A stretch of DNA of 64,000 bases. Source: Eledone cirrhosa. Taxonomy: Eukaryota. Below are positions 30,601-41,339 of this stretch, piece after piece; positions within the stretch are counted from its first letter, which is position 1; each line of letters begins with the position of its first letter. A model generated the notes under the pieces. The model did not search any database, was not told the DNA's origin, and worked only from the letters and a program-made list of their open reading frames with translations. The position numbers and the translations under genes were made by a program. The stretch spans positions 15,066,001-15,130,000 of the forward strand of contig OZ024762.1 of assembly GCA_964016885.1 (NCBI GenBank), given 5' to 3'.

Positions 30601-33600
30601 TGCCATGAGGTTGTTACTCCAAGAACAATCTAAACTAAAAGAAAACTCTGAGAGATATGGTAAGTAAGGCATTAAATGTTCTTGTTGTTGTTGATGTTGT
30701 TTGTGTTTGTGATGTTATTGGTGTTGGTGGTGGTGTTGTCTTTGTTGGTGGTGTTGTTGGTGTTGGTGGTGGTGTTGTTTTTGTTGGTGGTGTTGGTGGT
30801 GGTGTTGTTTTTGTTGGTGGTGTTGTTATTGGTGATGTTGGTGGTGCTGGTGGTTGTGTTGGTGGTGTTGTTTTTGTTGGTGGTGTTGTTGGTGTTGGTG
30901 TTGGTGATGTTGGTGGTGGTGTTTGTGTTGGTGATGTTATTGGTGGTGTTGGTAGCGATGTTGTTGGTGGTGGTGGTGTTGTTGGTGGCGATGTTATTGG
31001 TGATGTTGGTGGTGGTGGTGTTGTTGTTGGTGGTGATGTTGGTGGTGTTGTTGGTGGTGATGTTATTGTTGGTGATGGTGTTGTTGGTGGTGGTGTTGTT
31101 CTTGGTGTGGTGGTGATGGTGTTGTTGGTGGGGGTGTTGTTCTTGGTGTGGTGGTGATGGTGTTGTTGGTGGGGGTGTTGTTCTTGGTGTGATGGTGATG
31201 GTGTTGTTGGTGGGGGTGTTGTTCTTGGTGTGATGGTGATGTTGGTGGTGGTGCTGTTGTTCTTGGTGTGGTGGTGGTGGTGTTGGTGGTGGTGCTGTTA
31301 AGCACCCACTGGGCTCTATGTTTAAAAATGTTCCAGCTGTGGCCATCCAGCCTGTCTTCCATCTGTAACCATAGTGTATCTAGGACTACATTATCCAGTG
31401 TGACCTGTCTTTGTTGTTGTTTAGCCCTAGGTCAGCTGTACCACCTCAGTACACAGCTGGTACTTGCTTTGATCTGATAATAATAATAATTGTTTCTACA
31501 TTTGGCACAAGGGCAGCAATTTGAAGGGGTAGAGGAAGTAGATTAATTCAACCCCAGTGTATTACTGGTACTTTATTTCATCGACCTCGTGAGGATGAAA
31601 GGTAAAACTAACCTTGGGGGAGTTTGAACTCAGAACGTAAATGGCCATAACTCTGTGCCGTTAAGCATGCTGTCCGACACTCTACCGACTCTACCAATCC
31701 ACCACCCATGCATACAGTTATAATAATATTGATAATAATTTTTAGTTATTTTGTTTTTCATTGTTCTTCATTGTATTTCATCGTTTCTCATCGTTTTTTT
31801 ATTGTTTCTCATCGTTTTTTTTTAATTGTTTCTCATCGTTTTTTTTATCGTTTCTCATCGTTTTTTTATTGTTTATCATCGTTTTTTTATTGTTTCTCAT
31901 CGTTTTTTTTTTATTGTTTCTCATCATTTTTTTTATTGATTCTCATCGTTTTTTTTTTATTGTTTCTCATCGTTTTTTTATTGTTTCTCATCGTTTTTTT
32001 ATTGTTTCTCATCGTTTTTTTTTTATTGTTTCTCATCGTTTTTTTAATTGTTTCTCATCGTTTTTTTTTATTGTTTCTCATCGTTTTTTTTTATTGTTTC
32101 TCATCGTTTTTTTTTATTGTTTCTCATCGTTTTTTTTATTGTTTCTCATCGTTTTTTTTATTGTTTCTCATCGTTTTTTTAATTGTTTCTCATCGTTTTT
32201 TTAATCGTTTCTTATCATTTTCTCATCGTTTATTTTATTGTTTCTCATCGTTTTTTAATTGTTTCTCATCATTTTTTTTTATTGTTTCTCATCGTTTTTT
32301 TATTGTTTCTCATCGTTTTTCATCGTTTCTCATCGTTTTTCATTGATTCTTATTGTTCTTTTATTGTTTAGATGAAATCTTAAACAAAGATCCCGACATG
32401 GATTCTTTAAGGGAAAGAATGAACCTAGTAAAAGCTGACCCCCATTACAGTCTACTCCAAGAAAGGTTCAATACCCTGTTTATGTGGCCTGGGCTTCTAT
32501 CAACCTTGTCTAAAAAGAAACGAGCCGATGGTGGGAAGAGCACCACCAGGAGTGAAGATAGGAAGAAGAAACGTGTGAACAGGTGAGATAAACATGGATT
32601 TTGTTGTTATGCACACCACCACTAACACAACAGCACCACCACCACTAACATAACAGCACCACCACTAACATAACACCACCACCACTAACATAACACCCCC
32701 ACCACTAACACAACAGCACCACCACCACTAACATAACAGCACCACCACTAACATAACAGCACCACCACCACTAACATAACACCCCCACCACTAACACAAC
32801 AGCACCACCACCACTAACATAACACCACCACCACTAACACAACAGCACCACCACCACTAACATAACACCCCCACCACTAACACAACAGCACCACCACCAC
32901 TAACACAACAGCATCACCACCACTAACATAACACCACCACCACTAACATAACACCACCACCACTAACATAACACCACCACCACTAACACAACAGCACCAC
33001 CACCACTAACATAACAACACCACCACTAACATAACACCACCACCACTAACATAACACCACCACCACTAACATAACACCACCACCACTAACACAACAGCAC
33101 CACCACCACTAACATAACAGCACCACCACTAACATAACACCACCACCACTAACATAACACCACCACCACTAACACAACAGCACCACCACCACTAACATAA
33201 CAACACCACCACTAACATAACACCACCACCACTAACATAACACCACCACCACTAACATAACACCCCCACCACTAACACAACAGCACCACCACCACTAACA
33301 TAACAGCACCACCACTAACATAACAGCACCACCACCACTAACATAACACCCCCACCACTAACACAACAGCACCACCACCACTAACATAACACCACCACCA
33401 CTAACACAACAGCACCACCACCACTAACATAACACCCCCACCACTAACACAACAGCACCACCACCACTAACACAACAGCATCACCACCACTAACATAACA
33501 CCACCACCACTAACATAACACCACCACCACTAACATAACACCACCACCACTAACACAACAGCACCACCACCACTAACATAACAACACCACCACTAACATA

Positions 33601-36600
33601 ACACCACCACCACTAACATAACACCACCACCACTAACATAACACCACCACCACTAACACAACAGCACCACCACCACTAACATAACAACACCACCACTAAC
33701 ATAACACCACCACCACTAACATAACAACACCACCACTAACATAACACCACCACCACTAACACAACAGCACCACCACCACTAACATAACAACACCACCACT
33801 AACATAACACCACCACCACTAACACAACAGCACCACCACCACTAACATAACACCACCACCACTAACACAACAGCACCACCACCACCACTAACATAACACC
33901 ACCACCACTAACAAAACTCCACTAACACAACACCACCACCACCACAACACCACCACCACACCACCACACCACCACACCACCACTAACATAACACACCACC
34001 GCCACTAACACAGCAGCACCACCACTAATACACCACCACCACTAACACACCATCACCACCATCACCACCACACCACCACTAACACCAACACTACCACTAA
34101 CAACAATATCACTAACACCAACACACCACCACCACTAATACACCACCACTACCACCACCAACACCAACACTACCACCACCATTAACACCAACACTACCAC
34201 TAACAACAATACCACCACCACTAACACACCACCACCACACCACCACTAACACAACACCAACACTACCACTAACAACAATACCACCACCACTAACACACCA
34301 CCACCACACCACCACTAACACAACACCAACACTACCACTAACAACAATACCACCACTACTAACACCAACACTACCACACCACCACCACCAACAACAACAA
34401 CAACAACAACTAGAGTCGATGAAACAATACCAATCAAATACCGGGGGGGGGGGTAGATTTAGTCAACTTTGCTTTTCCTCTCCATTACCTCCACCACCAC
34501 ACCAACACACAACCACTACTACTACCACCACCACCACCACCACCACACCATCTCCATTACCTCCACCACCACACCAACACACAACCACTACTACTACCAC
34601 CACCACCACCACCACCACCACCACCACACCATCTCCATTACCTCCACCACCACTACCACACCAACCCACCACCACCACACCATCTCCATTACCTCCACCA
34701 CCACTACCACACCAACCCACCACCACCACACCATCTCCATTACCTCCACCACCACACCAACACACAACCACTACTACTACCACCACCACCACCACCACCA
34801 CACCATCTCCATTACCTCCACCACCACACCAACACACAACCACTACTACTACCACCACCACCACCACCACCACCACCACCACACCATCTCCATTACCTCC
34901 ACCACCACTACCACACCAACCCACCACCACCACACCATCTCCATTACCTCCACCACCACTACCACACCAACCCACCACCACCACACCATCTCCATTACCT
35001 CCACCACCACACCAACACACAACCACTACTACTACCACCACCACCACCACCACACCATCTCCATTACCTCCACCACCACTACCACACCAACCCACCACCA
35101 CCACACCATCTCCATTACCTCCACCACCACTACCATACCAACACACAAACACTACCACCACCACCACCACCACCAGACCACTACCACTACCACCACCACC
35201 ACACCATCTCCATTACCTCCACCACCACTACCACACCAACCAACCACCACTACTACCACCACCACCACACCGTCTCCATTACCTCCACCACCACTACCAC
35301 ACCAACCAACCACCACTACTACCACCACCACCACACCGTCTCCATTACCTCCACCACCACTACCACACCAACCAACCACCACTACTACCACCACCACCAC
35401 ACCGTCTCCATTACCTCCACCACCACTACCACACCAACACACAACTACCACCACCACCACCACCACCACCACACCGTCTCCATTACCTCCACCACCACTA
35501 CCACACCAACCCACCACCACCACCACCACCACACCATCTCCATTACCTCCACCACCACCACACCAACACACAACTACCACCACCACCACCTCCTAATTTC
35601 TTAATGGTGATTCCTTTCTTCAGTAAATATCCGATGGTGTCTTCTAAACGTAACGCCAAGACAAATCCTGGCCAGCGACCGAAGAAAGTTACTCCAAAGA
35701 CGGAGGTGGCGACATATTCTGTTGGTGAGCCGACACAACAACAGCAACAACAGCAACAGCAACAGCAGCAACAACAACAACACCACCACCAACAACAACA
35801 ACAACAACAACAACAGCAACAGCAACAGCAGCAACAGCAGCAACCAAATAGCAGTGATGGTATTGCCATGAAAACTGAGGAAATGGCCCTGCATATCGGA
35901 TACAGTGCTATGAAAACTGAAATAGCTGACACCATTGTGGTGGATGGTAAGTAAATCCTTAGGCAATGAATTGGCAGAGTCGTTAGAGCGTCGGATAGAA
36001 TGCTTTGTGGTATTTGTTCTGACTTTCTGAATTCTCTGAGTTCAAAACCTGCCATGGTCAATTTTACTTTTCAGCTTTTTTGTGGTTAATAAAGAAAAGT
36101 ATCACTAACACTTCTCTAAGACAATGTCACTGGATTGAGATCTTTGGCGCCATGCAGTTGTACAGAAGACTCGCCTTCCCTTGCATACAAACCTACAGTC
36201 AGTAGGCACCTCTTAACCCAATATACACCCCATCCCCCCCTTTGCCATTCTGTCCACTGTGTCGATAACACATCAGTCCACACTGTAAAGTGGTTGTGTA
36301 AGTGTCATGTCAAAAAGCACCCAGTCCACACTGTAAAGTGGTCGTGTAAGTGTCATGTCAAAAAGCACCCAGTCCACACTGTAAAGTGGTCGTGTAGGAG
36401 ACACGATAAAAAGGCTCACAGTCCACACTGTAAATGTGGTTGGTGTTAGGAAGGGCATCCAGCCGTAGAAAACCTGCCAAAGACATTTCCATATGAGTGA
36501 GACACGGTCACCTGACCAATCTTGCCTCAAGTGGGACAATTCCCGTCTAACCCATGCTAGCATGGCAGATGGACGTTAAACAATGATGTTGATATATATC

Positions 36601-37614
36601 TGTGTGTCTCTCTATCTGTATCCCTCTTTCTCTTTCTTTCTCTTTCTTTCTCTCTCTCTCTCAAAGAAACAACTGTGTTCAGACCTGGAGAGAGGAGAAT
36701 GGACTCCACCAGGTCACAAAATGCTGTAGACGTGCTGAATGTCACTAGGGGCACCCCTACAACTCCACCAAGAGTTATGGGTCCCTAGATACATATCTAC
36801 ATACATACAAGTAATCTCTTGACCCTTTTTTGACACCAAGCCACCTAAAACTGGCCCTGGTTGGTTCTTCTGTACAAATCTGTTATTTTTAAATCTTTAT
36901 ATTTATCTTTAAAAAAAAGATGATACTGTAGATTAAACCCAGCTCTGTGTGACTCCATTTCCAGTGCCGCAAAGGAAAAGACTTGGCCGTCCAATGGGGT
37001 CAAAGACGAAACGCAAACCAATCGATCCAAACCCTGTGAGAACGTCGCAACGCCAAAGAGGGAAGGTTACTGAATGTCCCAGAAGCGAATCTCCAGATCT
37101 GACCAGAGGGCCACCGGTTGCTAAAAAGAAGCGTATAGGTGCAGCAAATGCAGCCGAAGGTAGCAGTAATTGGCACCGTGCAGTTTATCAAGACCCTTCG
37201 ATGATGCACCTGTTTCCATCGTCAACATCAACAACATCGTCAACAGCCTGTGAACCGTCCACACAGACAACAGTAATACCTGGTGTACCCCTCTCACACA
37301 TAGCAGCAGTACCTGGTGTACCCTTCACACACATAGCAGCAGCCTCTGGTGTACCCCTCACACACTTAACAACCACAGAAATACCTGGTGTACCCTTCAC
37401 ACACATAGCAGCAGCCTCTGGTGTACCCCTCACACACCTAACAGCCACAGTAACACCTGGTGAATCAGACTCGCAGACAGCAACAACAACAATAGTTACA
37501 ACAGATGGGCAACAGTTATTATCAAAACTGTCTCCTACCCTCGTGCAACAGGTGATTAGCCAGGAAGTTCAGGTGAAACCAATTGGAACTTACATGAATG
37601 TCTCACCTCCATAA
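711..37614 (+). CDS. SNAPC4: snRNA-activating protein complex subunit 4 (SNAP190), 23 coding exons in window, 5'-partial, about 1240 aa
   Basis: All 23 exons have AG/GT boundaries and consistent phases. The translation shows SNAPC4 hallmarks: [37 protein letters not shown], four and a half Myb repeats ([62 protein letters not shown]), PPNLTTL and [19 protein letters not shown]. Confidence 0.93.
1581..3502. repeat. 41-bp minisatellite, about 47 copies
   Basis: Unit GATAGTTAAGATCTATTTTATAAGGAGTCTTATCAGTCT(T/C)T. Confidence 0.97.
3521..3766 (+). CDS. SNAPC4: SNAPC4 exon
   Basis: ctttcag/gtatga; ...[33 protein letters not shown], the conserved N-terminal coiled coil. Confidence 0.9.
3885..6831. 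mobile_element. hAT (Charlie/Buster-type) MITE expanded by an internal minisatellite
   Basis: TIRs CAGGGGCGTGCAACA / TGTTGCACACCCCTG (14/15); 8-bp TSD gtctagag / gtctagaa. Confidence 0.82.
4024..6710. repeat. About 55-bp minisatellite, about 49 copies
   Basis: Unit GTTGACCTATACTAAAGGGCTTCACTGATAGGGTTATGTGTGTTATAATTTCCCA. Confidence 0.97.
7040..8110. repeat. Compound (TA)n / AAATCTTAAAGTAA repeat
   Basis: Fixed motif separated by TA runs of variable length. Confidence 0.95.
8159..8254 (+). CDS. SNAPC4: SNAPC4 exon
   Basis: ctttag/gtaaaa; KALKEELNK...[13 protein letters not shown]. Confidence 0.88.
8398..11430. repeat. About 60-bp TA/TG-rich minisatellite interrupted by a LINE
   Basis: GTTAGCATATATATACTGTTGTATATAACTTTCCATG units on both sides of 9457-11216. 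Confidence 0.9.
9457..11216 (-). mobile_element. 5'-truncated LINE (RT with PHD-like Cys finger), (GAT)n tail
   Basis: [56 protein letters not shown]; open from 11216 to 9855. Confidence 0.93.
11821..11890 (+). CDS. SNAPC4: SNAPC4 exon
   Basis: ttgtag/gtgagt; [23 protein letters not shown]. Confidence 0.88.
11980..12530. repeat. 27-bp minisatellite
   Basis: Unit GTAGTCCTAGATACACTATGGTTTAAC. Confidence 0.95.
12617..12698 (+). CDS. SNAPC4: SNAPC4 exon
   Basis: ctatag/gtgagt; [28 protein letters not shown]. Confidence 0.9.
12740..13330. repeat. 11-bp minisatellite
   Basis: CATTGCTACAA / CATTGCCACCA units. Confidence 0.9.
13431..13535 (+). CDS. SNAPC4: SNAPC4 exon
   Basis: atccag/gtaagt; IEIYTDKLL...[14 protein letters not shown]. 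Confidence 0.88.
14377..14455 (+). CDS. SNAPC4: SNAPC4 exon (start of half Myb repeat)
   Basis: ttccag/gtgagt; [26 protein letters not shown]. Confidence 0.9.
14637..14945 (-). mobile_element. CR1/L2-type LINE 3' fragment
   Basis: HGHAYKI...[21 protein letters not shown], typical of the CR1/L2 ORF2 C-terminus. Confidence 0.7.
14969..15133 (+). CDS. SNAPC4: SNAPC4 exon (Myb repeats)
   Basis: tttcag/gtaggt; [35 protein letters not shown]...[10 protein letters not shown]. Confidence 0.93.
15165..15710 (+). repeat. 91-bp tandem repeat of a SINE head, 6 copies
   Basis: Each unit has A-box-like TGGCCTAGTGG and B-box-like GTTTGATTCC; the last unit continues into the SINE body. Confidence 0.9.
16450..17548. 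repeat. Imperfect (ACT/ACC)n trinucleotide tract
   Basis: Direct inspection. Confidence 0.95.
17568..17632 (+). CDS. SNAPC4: SNAPC4 exon (Myb)
   Basis: ctatag/gtgagt; [22 protein letters not shown]. Confidence 0.92.
17660..18565. repeat. About 28-bp minisatellite with 84-bp higher-order period
   Basis: TGTACAGGTCTAGAAACCCC subunits. Confidence 0.92.
18615..18697 (+). CDS. SNAPC4: SNAPC4 exon (Myb)
   Basis: ttacag/gtaggt; [27 protein letters not shown]. Confidence 0.93.
18885..20743. repeat. 50-51-bp minisatellite, about 37 copies
   Basis: Unit GTCATTAGACTGTGGCCATGCTGGGGCACCACACTCTTTTACTGGTGTCT. Confidence 0.96.
20989..21092 (+). CDS. SNAPC4: SNAPC4 exon (Myb)
   Basis: ttgtag/gtaagt; [35 protein letters not shown]. 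Confidence 0.93.
21105..21545. repeat. Degenerate 28-bp minisatellite
   Basis: CATTCTAGGGTCTTCGTTGAGGCCTGTT-like units. Confidence 0.8.
21634..21728 (+). CDS. SNAPC4: SNAPC4 exon (Myb)
   Basis: attcag/gtatgt; [32 protein letters not shown]. Confidence 0.93.
21744..21916. mobile_element. Shorter piggyBac-type MITE of the same family
   Basis: TTAA-TCCTTTAGCAT...ATGCTAAAGGG-TTAA; internal similarity to 28538-28891. Confidence 0.8.
21952..22043 (+). CDS. SNAPC4: SNAPC4 exon (Myb)
   Basis: tttcag/gtatgt; [30 protein letters not shown]. Confidence 0.93.
22351..22535 (+). mobile_element. tRNA-derived SINE family A (representative copy)
   Basis: A box TGGCAGTATCGG, B box GAGTTCAAATCC, body ACTTTGCCTTTCATCCTTACGGGGTCGATAAAATAAAGTACCAG. 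Other copies near 1060(-), 16225, 20760, 25611, 31490(-), 43296(-), 45470, 46010(-), 46395, 50440 and 51955. Confidence 0.85.
22618..22736 (+). CDS. SNAPC4: SNAPC4 exon (end of Myb repeats)
   Basis: tttcag/gtaagt; [29 protein letters not shown]. Confidence 0.93.
23441..23838. mobile_element. Internally deleted mariner element(s)
   Basis: TA-CGAGGGTAATCCCAAAAGTAAGGTCTCC TIR at 23441 and about 23659, inverted at about 23809-23838; transposase remnants [17 protein letters not shown] and [18 protein letters not shown]. Confidence 0.82.
24168..24248 (+). CDS. SNAPC4: SNAPC4 exon
   Basis: cttcag/gtgagt; [27 protein letters not shown], phase 0-0. Confidence 0.8.
24462..24508 (-). ncRNA. Minimal type I hammerhead ribozyme motif
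   Basis: TGCT-CTGATGA-TTCCAGA(CATCCC)TCTGGAA-GAAAC-AATT-GTC-AGCA. Confidence 0.8.
25163..25283 (+). CDS. SNAPC4: SNAPC4 exon
   Basis: ctgcag/gtaagt; [14 protein letters not shown]...EIDTRK. Confidence 0.8.
25862..26025 (+). CDS. SNAPC4: SNAPC4 exon
   Basis: ttgtag/gtgagt; [13 protein letters not shown]...EKTDKA. Confidence 0.82.
26100..27003. repeat. 48-bp minisatellite
   Basis: ACACTCTGTAAAGTGGTAGTGCTGGTGTCATGATAAAATACACCCAGT units. Confidence 0.95.
27123..27339 (+). CDS. SNAPC4: SNAPC4 exon
   Basis: taacag/gtaaga; [13 protein letters not shown]...RLEPFK. Confidence 0.8.
28277..28541 (+). mobile_element. tRNA-derived SINE family B (representative copy)
   Basis: TGGCCTAGTGG A box, GGTTCAATTCC B box, GTTCTTGAGCAAAACACTT central domain; related copies near 15165-15890, 40355-40498(-) and 61200-61528(-). 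Confidence 0.82.
28538..28891. mobile_element. piggyBac-type MITE (TTAA TSD) inserted in a SINE tail
   Basis: TTAA-CCCTTTAGCATTTA...TAAATGCTAAAGGG-TTAA; the empty site gagccttaaatggcttaaga is seen in the SINE copy near 15865. Confidence 0.85.
29100..29170 (+). CDS. SNAPC4: SNAPC4 exon
   Basis: tttcag/gtaagt; [24 protein letters not shown], bridges phase 1 to 0. Confidence 0.8.
30386..30659 (+). CDS. SNAPC4: SNAPC4 exon
   Basis: tcttag/gtaagt; contains [15 protein letters not shown]. Confidence 0.87.
30680..31297. repeat. (GGT/GTT)n low-complexity tract
   Basis: Direct inspection. Confidence 0.92.
31770..32345. repeat. About 22-bp ATTGTTTCTCATCG(T)n minisatellite
   Basis: Direct inspection; runs up to the acceptor at 32371. 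Confidence 0.93.
32372..32582 (+). CDS. SNAPC4: SNAPC4 exon (conserved C-terminal helix)
   Basis: gtttag/gtgaga; [22 protein letters not shown] resembles the vertebrate YLLLRARFLAAFTLPALLATL segment. Confidence 0.88.
32612..35592. repeat. CA-rich minisatellites (CCACCACTAACATAACA, then CCATCTCCATTACCTCCACC)
   Basis: Two adjacent arrays filling one intron. Confidence 0.93.
35624..35946 (+). CDS. SNAPC4: SNAPC4 exon with polyQ tract
   Basis: cttcag/gtaagt; phase-consistent; Q15-H3-Q18 at 35736-35843. Confidence 0.78.
36965..37614 (+). CDS. SNAPC4: SNAPC4 probable terminal coding exon
   Basis: ttccag acceptor in the correct phase; open frame to TAA at 37612-37614; AATAAA at 38246-38251. Confidence 0.72.
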
Positions 37615-38130
37615 TGTCACCACCATACATCACACCCCCTCCATAATGTGATTACATACACCGCACCTCTTCCATAATGTCACAACATACACCACACCTC
37701 TATAATGTCACACCACACCACCATAATGTTACCACACCACCCCTCCTCCATAATGTCACACCATACCACCTCTCCTCCATAATGTCACACCACACCACCC
37801 CTCCATAATGTCACACCACACCACCCCTCCTCCATAATGTCACACCACACCACCCCTCCTCCATGTCACTACATACACCACACAAACTCTCCATGTCATC
37901 ATATACACCACACAAGCCCTCCATAATGTCACACCACACCACCCCTCCACAATGTCACACCACACCACTCACCCCTCCTCCATGTCACTACATACACCAC
38001 ACAAACTCTCCATGTCATCACATACACCACACAACCCCTCCATAATATCATCACATACACCAAACAACCCCCTCTATAATGACACACCACTTCACCCCCT
38101 CCATATCATCATCACACACACCTCGATAAT
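37598..38130. repeat. CCTCCATAATGTCACACCAC minisatellite (3'UTR region)
   Basis: Begins across the SNAPC4 stop codon. Confidence 0.85.
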
Positions 38131-38339
38131 GTGATCGATTCTCTAGAATTGCTAAAAAAAAAACATTTACCTGACCCAGCCTCCCTCCCCCCATGCAAAG
38201 CAACTGCACTGTTTAATGCCCCCAATGTTTTGGGCCCTTGTGGCTAATAAAGAAATAATTATTGTTTGAAACTTTGAGTTCTGCTTCTTTCCCATATCGT
38301 GCCAAGTGTCAACCTGGCACCTGAGACAAAATTTGACAA

Positions 38340-40272
38340 TGTGTGTGTGTGACAGCTCACACCTGTGTGTGTGTGACAGCTCACACCTATGTGTGTGTGA
38401 CAGCTCACACCTATGTGTGTGTGACAGCCCACACCTATGTGTGTGTGACAGCCCACACCTATGTGTGTGTGACAGCTCACACCTGTGTGTGTGTGACAGC
38501 TCACACCTATGTGTGTGTGACAGCTCACACCTATGTGTGTGTGACAGCCCACACCTGTGTGTGTGACAGCCCACACCTATGTGTGTGTGACAGCTCACAC
38601 CTATGTGTGTGTGACAGCTCAAACCTGTGTGTGTGTGACAGCTCACACCTATGTGTGTGTGACAGCTCACACCTATGTGTGTGTGACAGCCCACACCTAT
38701 GTGTGTGTGACAGCTCACACCTGTGTGTGTGTGACAGCTCACACCTATGTGTGTGTGACAGCCCACACCTATGTGTGTGTGTGACAGCTCAAACCTGTGT
38801 GTGTGTGACAGCCCACACCTATGTGTGTGTGTGACAGCTCACACCTATGTGTGTGTGACAGCCCACACCTATGTGTGTGTGACAGCTCAAACCTGTGTGT
38901 GTGTGACAGCCCACACCTATGTGTGTGTGACAGCCCACACCTATGTGTGTGTGACAGCCCACACCTATGTGTGTGTGTGACAGCTCAAACCTGTGTGTGT
39001 GTGTGACAGCCCACACCTATGTGTGTGACAGCCTACACCTATGTGTGTGTGACAGCCCACACCTGGTGTGTGTGTGACAGCCCACACCTGTGTGTGTGAC
39101 AGCCCACACCTGTGTGTGTGTGTGACAGCCCACACCTATGTGTGTGTGACAGCCCACACCTATGTGTGTGTGACAGCTCACACCTATGTATGTGTGACAG
39201 CCCACACCTATGTGTGTGTGTGACTGCCCACACCTATGTGTGTGTGTGACAGCCCACACCTGTGTGTGTGTGACAGCCCACACCTATGTGTGTGTGTGAC
39301 AGCCCACACCTATGTGTGTGTGTGACAGCCCACACCTGTGTGTGTGTGACAGCCCACACCTATGTGTGTGTGTGACAGCTCACACCTATGTGTGTGTGAC
39401 AGCTCAGACTTATGTGTGTGTGACAGCTCACACCTATGTGTGTGTGATAGCCTACACCTATGTGTGTGTGACAGCTCACACCTATGTGTGTGTGACAGCC
39501 TACACCTATGTGTGTGTGACAACCCACACCTGTGTGTGTGTGACAGCCCACACCTATGTGTGTGTGTGTGACAGCCCACACCTATGTGTGTGTGACAGCT
39601 CACACCTATGTGTGTGTGACAGCTCACACCTATGTGTGTGTGACAGCCCACACCTATGTGTGTGTGACAGCTCACACTTATGTTTGTGTGACAGCTCACA
39701 CCTATGTGTGTGTGACAGCTCACACCTATGTGTGTGTGACAGCCCACACCTATGTGTGTGTGACAGCTCACACCTATGTGTGTGTGACAGCCCACACCTA
39801 TGTGTGTGTGACAGCCCACACCTATGTGTGTGTGACAGCCCACACCTATGTGTGTGTGACAGCTCACACCTATGTGTGTGTGACAGCTCACACCTACGTG
39901 TGTGTGACAGCTCACACCTATGTGTGTGTGACAGCCCACACCTGTGTGTGTGTGACAGCCCACACCTATGTGTGTGTGACAGCTCACACCTATGTGTGTG
40001 TGACAGCCCACACCTATGTGTGTGTGACAGCTCACACCTATGTGTGTGTGTGACAGCCCACACCTATGTGTGTGTGTGTGACAGCCCACACCTATGTGTG
40101 TGTGACAGCCCACACCTATGTGTGTGTGACAGCTCACACTTATGTGTGTGTGACAGCTCACACCTATGTGTGTGTGACAGCTCACACCTATGTGTGTGTG
40201 ACAGCCCACACCTATGTGTGTGTGACAGCTCACACCTATGTGTGTGCGTGTGTGTTACAGCTCACACCTATG
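38340..40272. repeat. About 24-bp (TG)nACAGC(T/C)CACACCTA minisatellite
   Basis: Direct inspection. Confidence 0.96.
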
Positions 40273-40534
40273 CAGGTTTAGCTGGCCTCCTCCAAGGTAT
40301 ACCTCGGTGGAGGTGTCTTGGGTAATTTAATGATAGGGACCCCAGTCCTATCATCTCATTTCTACAGCTGAGTAAACTGGAGCAACGTGAAATAAAGTGT
40401 CTTGCTCAAGAAAACAACGCATCACCCGGTGCGAGAATTGAACTCGCAACCTTTCGATTGCAAGCCCAATGCTCTAACCACTAAGCCATGTGCCTTCACA
40501 AAATTTGACAATACACACATTTTACAATTAATTG

Positions 40535-41308
40535 TAAGAGGGATCAGATGCTGTTTACTCGAGAGAAGACTACGTTGGTATGGTCACGTGATGCGCATGA
40601 AAGACGACAGCTGTATAAAAAAGTGCAGGGCGATCAAAATAGACGGTAGCCACGGAGTAGGCAGACCCAGAAAACCCTGGGACGACTTGATAAATTCCAA
40701 CCTCACACACTTACACTTCTCCAAGACAATGTCACTGGACCGAGATCTTTGGCGCTACACAGTAATACAGAAGACCCGCCTTGCTTGCTTAAGTGCAAAG
40801 CGAAACCTACAGTCAGTAGGCACCTCTTAACCAAAATACACCCCTGTCCCACTACCCCCACCCCATCCACACCACCCCTTTCGATGTTAAGTTATGTTGG
40901 TACCACAACATCCAGTCCTAAATAAATGAGGTCGTGTGGGTGTCACGACAAAAAAACACACAGTCCACGCTGTAATGTTGCCGTGTAGGTAACATGGTAA
41001 ACACCTCCTAGTCCACACTAAACGTGGTTGGTGTTAGGAAGGGCATCCAACCGTAGAAAACCCGCCAGACGTGTAGGTGTCACGACAATAAAACACACAG
41101 TCCACGCTGTAATGTGGCCGTGTAGGTAACATGGTAAAAACCTCCCAGTCCACACTAAACGTGGTTGGTGTTAGGAAGGGCATCCAACCGTAGAAAACCC
41201 GCCAGACAGTCCTATACGAGCAAGTCAACCAATCTTGCCTCAAGTGGGAAAATTCCCATCCAAACCCATGCTAGCGTGGAAGATGGACGTTAAACAATGA
41301 CGATGATG
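40535..41308 (+). mobile_element. 3' fragment of the PHD-finger LINE family
   Basis: [21 protein letters not shown]...GRPRK, then 3'UTR and GAT tail. Confidence 0.88.
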
Positions 41309-41339
41309 TCATTAAAATGATGCTACAAGAGCACAAACA

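Noticed and set aside
34419-35623. Pro/Thr/His-rich 5' part of the 511-aa ORF
   Set aside because: Minisatellite read-through; only 35624-35946 has splice signals and the correct phase.
38167-40325. Cys/His-rich repetitive ORFs resembling zinc-finger or metallothionein proteins
   Set aside because: Open in several frames on both strands because the DNA repeat lacks stops; no coding signature.
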